The notes under the pieces: generated by a model | What the model was told of the DNA's origin: nothing | Seen by the model: the letters and a program-made list of their open reading frames with translations, nothing else | The model's database searches: none | Shown here: piece by piece, positions 28,955-39,093 of the stretch | Layout of the letters: each line of letters starts with the position of its first letter | How positions within the stretch are numbered: position 1 is the first letter of the stretch | Made by a program: the position numbers and the translations under genes | Assembly (NCBI GenBank): GCA_913044085.1 | Contig: CAJWNW010000001.1 | Span: forward strand, 1-45,617 | Source of the DNA: an uncultured Flavobacteriaceae bacterium | GTDB lineage: Bacteria > Bacteroidota > Bacteroidia > Flavobacteriales > Flavobacteriaceae | Direction: 5' to 3' | Length of the DNA stretch: 45,617 bases

Positions 28955-28962
28955 CAAAAATA
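28955..28962 (-). promoter_or_regulatory. -7 promoter element only 4 nt upstream of the GTG start
   Basis: TATTTTTG-CACC-GTG on the minus strand. Confidence 0.55.
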
Positions 28963-29036
28963 GAGAAACTGTTGATAAGCTAAAAAAACGGTTAAAAACT
29001 TTAATTTTTAAGCCAAAAAAAGGCTGAATAAATCCG

Positions 29037-29044
29037 TAGTTTTG
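29037..29044 (+). promoter_or_regulatory. -7 promoter element of gcvP
   Basis: TAGTTTTG 23 nt upstream of ATG 29068; no clear -33. Confidence 0.55.
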
Positions 29045-29067
29045 TGTCTGACAAACAAGACAAAAAT

Positions 29068-32034
29068 ATGAACCCAGATATTTTTTCCGAAAGACATATT
29101 GGTCCGAGAGGATCACAAATTCAAGACATGCTTAGTTGTATTGGAGCCTATTCGCTTGAAGCGCTAATTGATGAAACTGTCCCAAATAACATTCGCCTGC
29201 AAAGCCCTCTGAAGCTAGATCCACCTATGAGCGAGCCCGAGTACTTGGAACACATTCAAACGCTAGGTCACAAAAATAAAGTATTCAAATCCTACATTGG
29301 AATGGGTTACCACCCTTCGAATTTACCTGCTGTCATACAAAGGAATATATTAGAAAATCCAGGATGGTACACCGCCTACACGCCTTATCAAGCTGAAATT
29401 GCCCAAGGCCGTTTGGAAGCACTGCTGAACTTCCAAACCATGGTCACAGATTTGACGGGTATGGAGCTGGCGAATGCTTCGCTTTTAGATGAAAGTACCT
29501 CGGTAGCTGAGGCCATGGCACTTTTGTTTGCTGTCAGAGAACGTGCTGCTGTCAAAGCTGGTGTGGTTAAATTTTTTGTTTCCGATGATATATTACCGCA
29601 AACATTATCCGTTTTAAAAACGAGAGCTATTCCTATCGGAATTCAGCTGGTTGTTGGAAAAGTAGAAACATTTGATTTTTCAGAGGACTATTTCGGTGCT
29701 TTGGTACAATATCCGGGTGCTTCTGGAAACATTATTGATTTAAAGTCTTTTATCTCGAAAGCCAAAGATAAAGCTATTAAAGTGGCGGTGGCTGCTGATA
29801 TTTTAAGTTTGGTATTGCTTGAAGCCCCAGGGCACATGGGAGCAGACGTCGTCGTTGGAACAACCCAACGTTTCGGGATTCCAATGGGCTATGGAGGTCC
29901 TCATGCGGCATATTTTGCAACCAAAGCGGCTTACAAAAGATACATACCAGGGAGAATTATTGGTGTGACCAAAGACATGAATGGTGACCGTGCTTTGCGC
30001 ATGGCCTTGCAAACAAGAGAACAACACATTAAAAGAGGTCGTGCTACTTCCAACATATGTACTGCACAAGTGCTATTGGCAGTAATGGCTGGCATGTATG
30101 CTGTATACCATGGCCCCAAGGGGCTTAAATACATTGCTGAAAAAGTTCATAGTAATACGGTTACTTTGGCAAAATCTTTGACTTCCGTTGGTTTTTCTTT
30201 AAAACACTCCATTTTTTTTGATACCCTACAAATTTCGGTAGCAAATAATGAAAAAATAAAATCTATCGCCCTACGTAAACAGCTCAATTTTTATTATCCA
30301 GACGATACCACCGTATCAATTTCAGTAAATGAAACTACCTCAATAAATGATATTGAACTTATTTTATCCGTTTTTTCAGAAGCCTTTGAGGTGAGTCTTC
30401 AAGCAGAACAAAGCTCGGAAAGTTATATTCCGAAAGACCATACAAGAACCTCGGAATTTTTAAAAAATCCCGTTTTTAACAGCCACCACTCTGAGACTGA
30501 ACTGATGCGTTACATAAAACGCTTGGAACGAAAAGACTTGGCGTTGAATTATTCCATGATTTCGTTGGGATCCTGCACCATGAAACTAAATGCAGCGGTT
30601 GAAATGCTTCCGCTAAGTTGGTCCAGTTGGGGCAACATCCATCCTTTTGCTCCAAAAGATCAAGTGGAAGGCTACACTCAAGTCCTCCAGGCCTTAGAAC
30701 AACAATTGAATGAAATTACAGGCTTCGCGGGGACCTCTTTGCAACCCAACTCTGGTGCACAGGGAGAGTTTGCTGGCTTGATGACCATTAAAGCCTACCA
30801 CGAATCTAGAGGAGACCAGCACCGAAATATTTGCATCATTCCGTCTTCCGCGCACGGAACAAACCCCGCAAGTGCTGTCATGGCTGGAATGAAAGTTGTA
30901 GTAACAAAATCTTCTGAAAATGGCAATATCGATGTTGAGGATGTCCGTGAAAAAGCCATGCTTCACAAAGATAATTTGGCAGCCCTTATGGTAACCTACC
31001 CTTCAACCCATGGCGTTTATGAATCTGAAATCAAAGAGATTACACAAATCATCCATGATTATGGCGGACAAGTTTATATGGACGGCGCCAACATGAATGC
31101 CCAAGTGGGGCTTACAAATCCTGGACAAATTGGAGCGGATGTATGCCATCTAAACCTTCACAAAACCTTTGCCATTCCACATGGAGGCGGTGGCCCTGGC
31201 GTTGGACCGATTTGTGTCGCTAAACAATTGACCCCTTTTCTGCCAGGTAACCCCCTTGTAAAAAGTGGGGGTTCTCAAGCAATCAATTCCATCTCTGGAG
31301 CACCTTTTGGATCGGCTATGGCTTGCCTTATATCCTATGGATATATCAAAATTCTAGGCGCAAAAGGATTGTCTGAATCAACCAAAATTGCCATCTTAAA
31401 TGCAAACTATATCAAGGAACGGCTTCATGGATTTTACGACACACTTTATACTGGTGAAAAAGGCCGTGCAGCTCATGAAATGATCATTGATTGTAGAGAT
31501 TTTAAAGCCAAGGGTATTGAAGTAACCGATATTGCAAAGCGTTTAATGGATTATGGATTTCACGCCCCAACAGTTTCTTTCCCAGTTGCAGGCACCATGA
31601 TGATTGAGCCCACTGAAAGTGAAAGCAAAGCTGAAATGGACCGTTTTTGTGACGCCATGATTGCCATTCGTAAAGAAATTGAAGTAGCAGATAAAGCATC
31701 TCCCAACAATCCTCTAAAAAATGCACCACATACCCTTGAAATGCTCAGCAGTGACCAATGGGATTTGCCTTACAGCAGAGCAACTGCAGCATTTCCACTG
31801 GATTATATCAAAGCGGATAAATTTTGGCCGGCAGTAAGACGTGTAGACGACGCTTACGGAGATCGAAATTTAATTTGTACCTGTGCCCCGATTGAAGCCT
31901 ATACAGATGAATTTTCTGTGGATGTAAACACTTTACAAAAACAGACCGAAACCGCAATCAAAACAGCGGAAAAATTTCTAAAAATCAATACAATGGGTGG
32001 TAGTATAAATCCAAGGTTAAAAATCAATCCATGA
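29068..32034 (+). CDS. gcvP: Glycine dehydrogenase (glycine cleavage P protein) with C-terminal extension
   Basis: YTPYQAEIAQGRLE, ATSNICTAQ, SLGSCTMK, PLP lysine motif HLNLHKTF, GDRNLICTC; ATG 29068 preferred. Confidence 0.97.
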   Translation: MNPDIFSERHIGPRGSQIQDMLSCIGAYSLEALIDETVPNNIRLQSPLKLDPPMSEPEYLEHIQTLGHKNKVFKSYIGMGYHPSNLPAVIQRNILENPGWYTAYTPYQAEIAQGRLEALLNFQTMVTDLTGMELANASLLDESTSVAEAMALLFAVRERAAVKAGVVKFFVSDDILPQTLSVLKTRAIPIGIQLVVGKVETFDFSEDYFGALVQYPGASGNIIDLKSFISKAKDKAIKVAVAADILSLVLLEAPGHMGADVVVGTTQRFGIPMGYGGPHAAYFATKAAYKRYIPGRIIGVTKDMNGDRALRMALQTREQHIKRGRATSNICTAQVLLAVMAGMYAVYHGPKGLKYIAEKVHSNTVTLAKSLTSVGFSLKHSIFFDTLQISVANNEKIKSIALRKQLNFYYPDDTTVSISVNETTSINDIELILSVFSEAFEVSLQAEQSSESYIPKDHTRTSEFLKNPVFNSHHSETELMRYIKRLERKDLALNYSMISLGSCTMKLNAAVEMLPLSWSSWGNIHPFAPKDQVEGYTQVLQALEQQLNEITGFAGTSLQPNSGAQGEFAGLMTIKAYHESRGDQHRNICIIPSSAHGTNPASAVMAGMKVVVTKSSENGNIDVEDVREKAMLHKDNLAALMVTYPSTHGVYESEIKEITQIIHDYGGQVYMDGANMNAQVGLTNPGQIGADVCHLNLHKTFAIPHGGGGPGVGPICVAKQLTPFLPGNPLVKSGGSQAINSISGAPFGSAMACLISYGYIKILGAKGLSESTKIAILNANYIKERLHGFYDTLYTGEKGRAAHEMIIDCRDFKAKGIEVTDIAKRLMDYGFHAPTVSFPVAGTMMIEPTESESKAEMDRFCDAMIAIRKEIEVADKASPNNPLKNAPHTLEMLSSDQWDLPYSRATAAFPLDYIKADKFWPAVRRVDDAYGDRNLICTCAPIEAYTDEFSVDVNTLQKQTETAIKTAEKFLKINTMGGSINPRLKINP

Positions 32035-33086
32035 CAATTCGCATTACAGGAACTGGCAGTTACATTCCATCGCTCATTAAAAAAAATAGCGATTTTCGCG
32101 GCCATTCTTTTTACACAATTGAAGGCAATGCTATCGATACGCCAACCGATATTATAGTTGAGAAGTTCAAGGGAATTACTGGAATTTCTGAAAGAAGGTA
32201 TGCAAAAAAACACTTAAAAACTTCTGACCTTGGGGCCGAAGCAGCTGAAAAAGCGATATTGGATGCAAAGATTGACAGAGAGTCTTTAGACTATATCATT
32301 TGTGCCCATAATTTTGGAGACGTGAAATACAATACAATCCAAAGCGATATTTTACCTTGTTTGGCTGCCCGTGTTAAGCACTTGCTAAAAATTAAAAACC
32401 CAAAATGTGTTGCCTATGACATCCTTTTTGGCTGCCCTGGCTGGGTAGAAGGTGTCATACAAGCCCAAGCCTATATAAGAGCTGGAATGGCCAAAAAGTG
32501 TTTGGTTATTGGAGCTGAAACACTGTCGCGTGTTACAGATGCATATGACCGAGATTCTATGATTTATGCGGATGGCGCTGGAGCGTGCATTGTTGAAGCT
32601 TCGGAAGATATAGGTATCGTTGCACACGAAACTGCTTCCTATACACATGATGAAGTATATCATTTATTTTTTGGTAATTCAAACAATAAGTCCGAGGATG
32701 AAAATGTACGCTTTATAAAAATGTATGGACGTAAAATTTATGAATTTGCTCTCAGCAATGTGCCTGCCGCTATGAAATCCTGTTTAGACAACAGCGGTTA
32801 TGCCATTTCAGATGTCAAAAAAATATTGATTCATCAGGCCAATGAAAAAATGGATGAAGCCATTATAAAACGATTTTATAGACTGTATAATACTCCTGTT
32901 CCTGATGGAATTATGCCTATGACCATTCACAAATTAGGCAACAGTTCGGTAGCGACAATACCCACGCTTTTTGACCTGATAAGAAAAGGGCAATTGAAAG
33001 ATCATGAACTCTCCAAAGGAGATATTATTATATTTGCCAGTGTGGGTGCAGGCATGCACATCAACGCCATTGTTTACAAATATTAA
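32031..33086 (+). CDS. fabH: 3-oxoacyl-ACP synthase III family protein
   Basis: ITGTGSYIP; Cys-His-Asn triad in FGCPG, HQAN, GNSS; ATGA overlap with gcvP. Confidence 0.88.
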   Translation: MTIRITGTGSYIPSLIKKNSDFRGHSFYTIEGNAIDTPTDIIVEKFKGITGISERRYAKKHLKTSDLGAEAAEKAILDAKIDRESLDYIICAHNFGDVKYNTIQSDILPCLAARVKHLLKIKNPKCVAYDILFGCPGWVEGVIQAQAYIRAGMAKKCLVIGAETLSRVTDAYDRDSMIYADGAGACIVEASEDIGIVAHETASYTHDEVYHLFFGNSNNKSEDENVRFIKMYGRKIYEFALSNVPAAMKSCLDNSGYAISDVKKILIHQANEKMDEAIIKRFYRLYNTPVPDGIMPMTIHKLGNSSVATIPTLFDLIRKGQLKDHELSKGDIIIFASVGAGMHINAIVYKY

Positions 33087-33608
33087 ATGTACGAAAACCA
33101 CTATCCAAAGAAGCGCTATCAATTAACACTTGATTTTGTGAACCAGCATATTCCAAAAACAGATTCGATTCTTGATTTAGGGGTCAAAAATCCGCTTTCG
33201 CAACTATTAAAACTTAAAGGTTTTGATATTCATAACACTGATGGAGAAGATCTGGACATAGACTTTTCATCTTTAGAAAACAGCACTGCCGAGGTCGTAA
33301 GTGCATTTGAAATCCTTGAACACTTAGTGGCACCTTTTAACGTTTTGAGTAAAATCAAATCTAAAAAATTAATCGCCAGTGTACCTTTAAGACTATGGTT
33401 TGCATCAGCCTATAAAAGCAAAACGGATCCATGGGACCGCCATTTTCACGAATTTGAAGACTGGCAATTTGATTGGCTTTTACAAAAAGCTGGCTGGGAA
33501 ATTAAAGCGTCAAAAAAATGGACAAATCCTACAAAAAAAATAGGTTTACGCCCAATTCTGAGATGGTTTACACCAAGATATTACATTATTTACGCCGAGA
33601 AAGTTTGA
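33087..33608 (+). CDS. Class I SAM-dependent methyltransferase-like protein
   Basis: ILDLG motif I, AFEILEHL motif, HFHEF. Confidence 0.75.
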   Translation: MYENHYPKKRYQLTLDFVNQHIPKTDSILDLGVKNPLSQLLKLKGFDIHNTDGEDLDIDFSSLENSTAEVVSAFEILEHLVAPFNVLSKIKSKKLIASVPLRLWFASAYKSKTDPWDRHFHEFEDWQFDWLLQKAGWEIKASKKWTNPTKKIGLRPILRWFTPRYYIIYAEKV

Positions 33609-34459
33609 AGTTTTATATTGTCATCGCTGTTCACAACGAAGAGGCTTTCATTGAAGATTGTTTAAGCTCGCTCACCACTCAAACGCTATTGCCAAAAAAA
33701 ATAATTGTAGTTGATGATAATTCGAAAGACAAAACACCTGAAATTGTTAAAAATTTAGCGAAAAAATTTCCAGCGCTTAAATTGATACACAACCAATCTT
33801 CTAATGAGCATGTACCTGGAGAAAAAGTAATCAAGGCCTTTAACTTTGGCCTTCAACAACTGGACGACAACTACGATGTGATATGCAAATTTGATGGGGA
33901 TTTAATTTTTCCAAAAAACTATTTAGAAACACTCGCATCTTATTACGTGCAAAATCCAAAATTAGGGATGCTATCTGGGCATTGTTACATCCAAAAAAAC
34001 AACAAATGGATTTATGAAAATATTGCTTCTAAAGCGCATACCAGGGGACCTTTAAAGTCTTACAGGCACGCTTGTTTTAAAGCCATTGGAGGTTTGCAGG
34101 CGTCGATTGGCTGGGATACTGTAGATGAACTGATAGCCCTGTATAACGGATGGACTTTTAAAACAGTTGCGGCGCTTAAAGTCAAGCATCTAAAACCCAC
34201 AGGCGCTCATTACAGTCCCAATGCACGATACCTTCAAGGTGAAGCACTTTACAAAATGCGAAGTGGTTTTACAATTGCAACATTATCTGCTTTAAAAATG
34301 GCCTTTAACAGATATAATTTTATACTTTTTTTTGACTGTATGACGGGCTATTTAAGGGCTTGTAAATCAAATACTAAATTTATTGTGACTGAAAATCAAG
34401 GGGAATTTATTAGGGGCTACCGCTGGAGGGCCCTGAGAAAAAAAATAATCGGAATTTAA
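33605..34459 (+). CDS. Glycosyltransferase family 2
   Basis: IVIAVHNEE, VVDDNSKD, KFDGD (DxD), GWD; TTG at 33605 overlaps the upstream stop (TTGA), better than the track start 33518. Confidence 0.88.
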   Translation: MKFYIVIAVHNEEAFIEDCLSSLTTQTLLPKKIIVVDDNSKDKTPEIVKNLAKKFPALKLIHNQSSNEHVPGEKVIKAFNFGLQQLDDNYDVICKFDGDLIFPKNYLETLASYYVQNPKLGMLSGHCYIQKNNKWIYENIASKAHTRGPLKSYRHACFKAIGGLQASIGWDTVDELIALYNGWTFKTVAALKVKHLKPTGAHYSPNARYLQGEALYKMRSGFTIATLSALKMAFNRYNFILFFDCMTGYLRACKSNTKFIVTENQGEFIRGYRWRALRKKIIGI

Positions 34460-35514
34460 ACCTCGACAGAATACATCCAATTAAAATCATCAGGAATTTT
34501 TCCGGTTCGTATCCCATTCAAGGTTTCCAAAACCATCTGACCCACAGGGTTATTATTTGAAATATGAATTATTTGCGATTCATAACCGATGTCTTGAATC
34601 ATAGCAACTCCAACAGCAGTTCCTGTTCCAAAGGCTTCCTCTAAATGACCCTTTGCAGAGGCCTCAATAACCTCATCAATTGTGAGGCGACGTTCAACAA
34701 CTTCAAAGCCTTTGTGTCTGAGCAATTCAATGGCACTCATTCGTGTAATCCCAGCCAATATGGCCCCGTCCAAAGCCGGTGTTATGATGGTGCCATTTAT
34801 TTTAAAAAAAATATTCATTGTACCCACTTCCTGTATGGCTTTAAAATTCTGGGCATCCAACCACAAAACCTGGTCATAGCCTTTGGCTTTCGCCGCTTCT
34901 GTAGGCAATATAGCAGCGGCATAATTTCCTGCGGCTTTGGCTTCACCAGTACCCCCTTGCGCTGCACGAATATAATTGGTTTCGGCATACAAGCGAATAC
35001 GCTTTTTATAAATGGGGTTTGAGGGAGAAGCCATAACAATGAATTTATAGCGCGTAGCGGCTCGCATACCTATAAACGCTTCATCAGCGTACATAAAAGG
35101 CCTCAAATAAAGCGCACTTCCTTGTTGAGAAGGAATCCATTGTCGGTCTAAACTTACCAAGGTTTTTAGAGCTTCCACAAAAAGGGATTCAGGAAATTCG
35201 GGCATTCCCAATCGTCGGGCACTAAAATTAAGCCGTTTCGCATTGGCTTCAGGGCGAAATAATATTGGAGTACCATTACAATCAACGGTTGCTTTCATAC
35301 CCTCAAAAATAGCCTGACCGTAATGAAATGCCATGGCTGCAGGGTGGGTAGGAATAGCTGCTAAGGGTACAATTTTTGGGCTTTGCCATTGTCCGCTTTC
35401 ATAATTGCATAAAAACATATGGTCCGTGAAAGTTTTACCTAGAGGGATGTTATCAAAATCTAGGTCTTTGGCTCTAGAATTGACACATTTTTGAATGTAA
35501 ATTTGGGGGATCAT
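34456..35514 (-). CDS. ilvE: Branched-chain amino acid aminotransferase
   Basis: FTDHM, HYGQAIFEGMKA, LYLRP, AKAAGNYA, EVGTMNIF, EAFGTGTA. Confidence 0.95.
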   Translation of the reverse strand: MIPQIYIQKCVNSRAKDLDFDNIPLGKTFTDHMFLCNYESGQWQSPKIVPLAAIPTHPAAMAFHYGQAIFEGMKATVDCNGTPILFRPEANAKRLNFSARRLGMPEFPESLFVEALKTLVSLDRQWIPSQQGSALYLRPFMYADEAFIGMRAATRYKFIVMASPSNPIYKKRIRLYAETNYIRAAQGGTGEAKAAGNYAAAILPTEAAKAKGYDQVLWLDAQNFKAIQEVGTMNIFFKINGTIITPALDGAILAGITRMSAIELLRHKGFEVVERRLTIDEVIEASAKGHLEEAFGTGTAVGVAMIQDIGYESQIIHISNNNPVGQMVLETLNGIRTGKIPDDFNWMYSVEV

Positions 35515-35535
35515 ATAAAATATAATTTAGTAAGA

Positions 35536-36285
35536 TTAAGAATATTTTTCTAAATAAGCCTTCGTTTTTGGGCTTAAAACCAATTGCCCACTTAGAGTTG
35601 CGCGGGACTCTAATAATGCATCCCAATCTTCAGTGCCTTGCCAAAGAATTTTTTTGTAAGACAATAAGGCTTCTGGATTGTAGCATTGTAATTCTTTTGC
35701 CAAAATATCAACTTCAGAATTTAAGGCTTTGTTGGTCTCAAATACGTTGGCATAAAGCCCTTTTTCGCACGCCCATTTGGCGGAGAAAAATGTTTGTGCT
35801 TTCAATGTCAATTGGGCCATTGCAGCATTGCCAATTTTTCGTTTTACGGCGGGTTCAATAACAAAAGGTCCAATCCCAATACTCAATTCACTTAGCTTAA
35901 TGAGCGCAAATTCACTGGCGAAACAAATGTCGGTGGATGCAGCCAAGCCAACGCCACCACCAACAGCTTTACCTTGGACAGCTCCAATTGTAATTTTTGG
36001 ACATTTCCGAAGTGCATTGATGACATTGGCAAAGCCCATAAAAAAAGCTTTTCCTTCTGCTTCAGTTGTAATGGCAACCATGTCGTGAAAGCTCGCGCCA
36101 GCACAAAAGGCACGGTCTGCGCCACTCTTTAAAACAATGACATGAATTTGGGCATCCTCACCTGCAGCTTCAATAAGAACACACAACTCTGCAAGCAAAG
36201 ATGGGGGAAGTGCATTGTGTGGTGGGTTGAAAAATTCAATGTAGCCTATATTTTCGTGCTTTGTAAGCGTCACATATGGTGCCAT
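35536..36285 (-). CDS. Enoyl-CoA hydratase/isomerase (crotonase; methylglutaconyl-CoA hydratase-like)
   Basis: AFCAGA, AVGGGVGL, LSELSIGIGP. Confidence 0.88.
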   Translation of the reverse strand: MAPYVTLTKHENIGYIEFFNPPHNALPPSLLAELCVLIEAAGEDAQIHVIVLKSGADRAFCAGASFHDMVAITTEAEGKAFFMGFANVINALRKCPKITIGAVQGKAVGGGVGLAASTDICFASEFALIKLSELSIGIGPFVIEPAVKRKIGNAAMAQLTLKAQTFFSAKWACEKGLYANVFETNKALNSEVDILAKELQCYNPEALLSYKKILWQGTEDWDALLESRATLSGQLVLSPKTKAYLEKYS

Positions 36286-36301
36286 AAAAATCTAAATTTT
36301 A

Positions 36302-36309
36302 CAAAGCTA
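36302..36309 (-). promoter_or_regulatory. -7 promoter element for crotonase-ilvE
   Basis: TAGCTTTG 16 nt upstream of the ATG. Confidence 0.5.
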
Positions 36310-36355
36310 ATATACTTCAAATTTGGGAATGATTACAATCAATATAAATGCTTGG

Positions 36356-38974
36356 CTAATCGTCGGATATTATTTCTGAAGCCTTTTTCAGTGCTTCAGG
36401 GATGCCATCAGGCTTTTTCCCGCCAGCAGTAGCGAAAAAAGCTTGTCCACCACCTCCACCCTCAATAAGAGGTCCCAAGGTACGAATGATTGTGCTTGCG
36501 TTCAAGTCCTTGGACGAAGCCAGTTGCTTAGAAATATAACAACTTAAAAGAGCTTTTCCATTGTGGTTAGAAGCCAATATAAGAATCAAATCGTCATATT
36601 GTTGCCCAATCTCAAATGCAATGGTTTTAAGGCTGTTTGCGTCCAAATTTAATTGTCGGGCTAAGAAATGATGCCCATTTGTTTTTTTTATCTCCCCTAC
36701 CAATTGCGTTTTAGCAGTCATTGCCTTCTCTTTTAACAAGTGTTCTACTTCCTTTTTCAAATGGTTGTTTTCAAGTTTTAGATCTGTTACAGACTTGACA
36801 GGATCCGTAGCGTTATTGAGCAAGGCTTTAACTTGGTTGAATTGGTGATTGCTTTCACTGAAAAACTCTTTTACGGCATCAGATGTAATGGCTTCTATGC
36901 GACGGATACCGGCAGCAACAGCGCCTTCAGATTTAATTTTAAAATGCCAAATATCCGCTGTGTTTTTTACATGGGTACCCCCACAAAGTTCCATGGAATT
37001 ACCAAATTTAATGGTTCGAACGACATCGCCATATTTCTCTCCAAACAAAGCTATGGCTCCTTGTGAAACAGCTTGATTCATGGGAACAGAACGTTGCTCC
37101 TCTAATGGTAAACGGCCCTCAATTCTCGCATTGACGAAGTTTTCAACTTCCTGAACTTCATCGTTTGTCATTTTTGAAAAATGAGAAAAATCAAACCTTA
37201 GATATTTCGAGTGCACTGCACTACCTTTTTGTTCCACATGCGTGCCTAAAATCTCACGCAAGGCTTGGTGTAGTAAATGGGTAGCGGTATGGTTACATTC
37301 GATTCTAAAACGTTGTTTTACGTCAACTACTGCGGCGAAAGTATCCGTCAGGTTCTTGGGTAAATTTTGAGTGATGTGAATGGCAACATTGTTTTCTTTT
37401 TTTGTATTCAAAATATAGATAACATCTCCATTTGGAGCTTCCAAATAGCCTTTATCACCTACTTGCCCACCACCTTCAGCATAAAAGGGCGTCAGGTTAA
37501 AAACCAGTTGGTATTGCGTGCCGTGTTTTGCAGATACCTCTTTTCGATAGCGAACTAGCTTTACATCTGTTTTTAAGAGATCATAGCCAATGAATTCTTG
37601 CTCATCGTCTTCCCTAACTACGGTCCAATCTTCTGTAGACACTTCACTTGCTGCTCGCGACCTGTTTTTTTGCTTTTCAAGTTGTTCTTGAAACCCAGCA
37701 TGGTCCAGTTTTAAGTTTTTTTCTTGTAAAATAAGTGCTGTTAAATCTACTGGAAATCCATAGGTGTCGTAAAGTTCAAATGCTTTTTCACCTGAAATGG
37801 TATCGCCATCAATGGTATTGATCATCCGATCTAAAAGTACCAATCCTTGGTCTAAGGTTTTCAAGAAAGAGGATTCTTCTTCTTTAATGACGTTCTGAAT
37901 GAGCTGTTTTTGAGTTTTTAACTCCGGAAAAGTTTGGCCCATATTTTTTATCAAAACATTGACCAGACGGTACATAAAAGGTTCTTTTTGATCTAAAAAA
38001 GTAAATCCGTAACGTACTGCACGCCTCAATATTCTACGAATGACATAGCCAGCGCCAGTATTGCTTGGCAATTGTCCATCAGCAATGGAAAAAACTACGG
38101 CTCGAATGTGGTCAGAGATGACACGAATGGCAACATCATGCTGTGTATCTTTTCCATAATCTTTTCCAGAAATGGCTTCAATTTCTCTAATAATGGGTGT
38201 AAAAACATCTGTATCGTAATTAGATTGAACCCCTTGAAGCACCATACACAAGCGTTCAAAGCCCATTCCGGTATCAATGTGTTTTAGAGGCAAATCTTCA
38301 AGACTTCCATCGGCTTTTCTATTGTATTGCATAAAAACCAAATTCCAAATTTCAATCACATGAGGATGGTCTTTATTGACCAATTCGTTACCAGGTGTCT
38401 TTGCCTTTTCTTCATCGGATCTGATGTCTACATGAATTTCGCTGCAAGGACCACAAGGCCCCTGACTGCCCATTTCCCAAAAATTATCTTTTTTATTGCC
38501 CATTATAATACGATCTTCCTCTACTATCGATTTCCATATGGAAAAGGCCTCTTCATCCATAGCAGTGTCATCTTTTGAATCGCCTTCAAAGACGGTCACG
38601 TATAAATTGTTTTTGTCAATTTTATAAACCTCTGTTAAAAGGGTCCATGCCCACTTTATGGCTTCTTTTTTAAAATAATCTCCAAAACTCCAATTGCCCA
38701 ACATTTCAAATAGCGTGTGGTGATAGGTGTCATAACCCACTTCTTCTAAATCGTTGTGTTTACCAGAGACTCTCAAACACTTCTGAGTATCGGTCAATCT
38801 CAAGCTTGGTGGCGTGGCATTCCCAATGAAGTAGTCTTTGAAAGGAACCATACCTGCATTGACAAACATCAGGGAAGGATCGTCCTTTACAACCATAGGA
38901 GCAGAGGGAACAACCTGATGGTTTTTGCCTTCAAAAAACTTTAAAAATTGAGCTCGTATTTCTTGAGATTTCAT
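36356..38974 (-). CDS. alaS: Alanine--tRNA ligase
   Basis: [41 protein letters not shown], editing motifs HTATHLLH and ELCGGTH, C-terminal GGGGG. Confidence 0.99.
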   Translation of the reverse strand: MKSQEIRAQFLKFFEGKNHQVVPSAPMVVKDDPSLMFVNAGMVPFKDYFIGNATPPSLRLTDTQKCLRVSGKHNDLEEVGYDTYHHTLFEMLGNWSFGDYFKKEAIKWAWTLLTEVYKIDKNNLYVTVFEGDSKDDTAMDEEAFSIWKSIVEEDRIIMGNKKDNFWEMGSQGPCGPCSEIHVDIRSDEEKAKTPGNELVNKDHPHVIEIWNLVFMQYNRKADGSLEDLPLKHIDTGMGFERLCMVLQGVQSNYDTDVFTPIIREIEAISGKDYGKDTQHDVAIRVISDHIRAVVFSIADGQLPSNTGAGYVIRRILRRAVRYGFTFLDQKEPFMYRLVNVLIKNMGQTFPELKTQKQLIQNVIKEEESSFLKTLDQGLVLLDRMINTIDGDTISGEKAFELYDTYGFPVDLTALILQEKNLKLDHAGFQEQLEKQKNRSRAASEVSTEDWTVVREDDEQEFIGYDLLKTDVKLVRYRKEVSAKHGTQYQLVFNLTPFYAEGGGQVGDKGYLEAPNGDVIYILNTKKENNVAIHITQNLPKNLTDTFAAVVDVKQRFRIECNHTATHLLHQALREILGTHVEQKGSAVHSKYLRFDFSHFSKMTNDEVQEVENFVNARIEGRLPLEEQRSVPMNQAVSQGAIALFGEKYGDVVRTIKFGNSMELCGGTHVKNTADIWHFKIKSEGAVAAGIRRIEAITSDAVKEFFSESNHQFNQVKALLNNATDPVKSVTDLKLENNHLKKEVEHLLKEKAMTAKTQLVGEIKKTNGHHFLARQLNLDANSLKTIAFEIGQQYDDLILILASNHNGKALLSCYISKQLASSKDLNASTIIRTLGPLIEGGGGGQAFFATAGGKKPDGIPEALKKASEIISDD

Positions 38975-39000
38975 GTAAAGTGATAAGCTTTATCAAATAA

Positions 39001-39031
39001 TTTGGTTTCCTACAAAAACAAATTATCTTTG
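39001..39031 (+). promoter_or_regulatory. Housekeeping promoter of M23-merR
   Basis: TTTG (39001-04), 19 nt spacer, TATCTTTG (39024-31): exact consensus. Confidence 0.8.
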
Positions 39032-39093
39032 TTATATGTGAATCTTTCGCCCTATGCGCTTAAATTCATAACAAAAATAGAACTTTTTAGCCA

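Noticed and set aside
28951-29067. Glycine riboswitch upstream of gcvP
   Set aside because: The spacer is 117 bp and the -7 element leaves only ~20 nt of leader; no aptamer motifs.
33518-33604. Long overlap of GT2 with the methyltransferase
   Set aside because: The GT2 domain begins at TTG 33605 with a standard 4-nt overlap.
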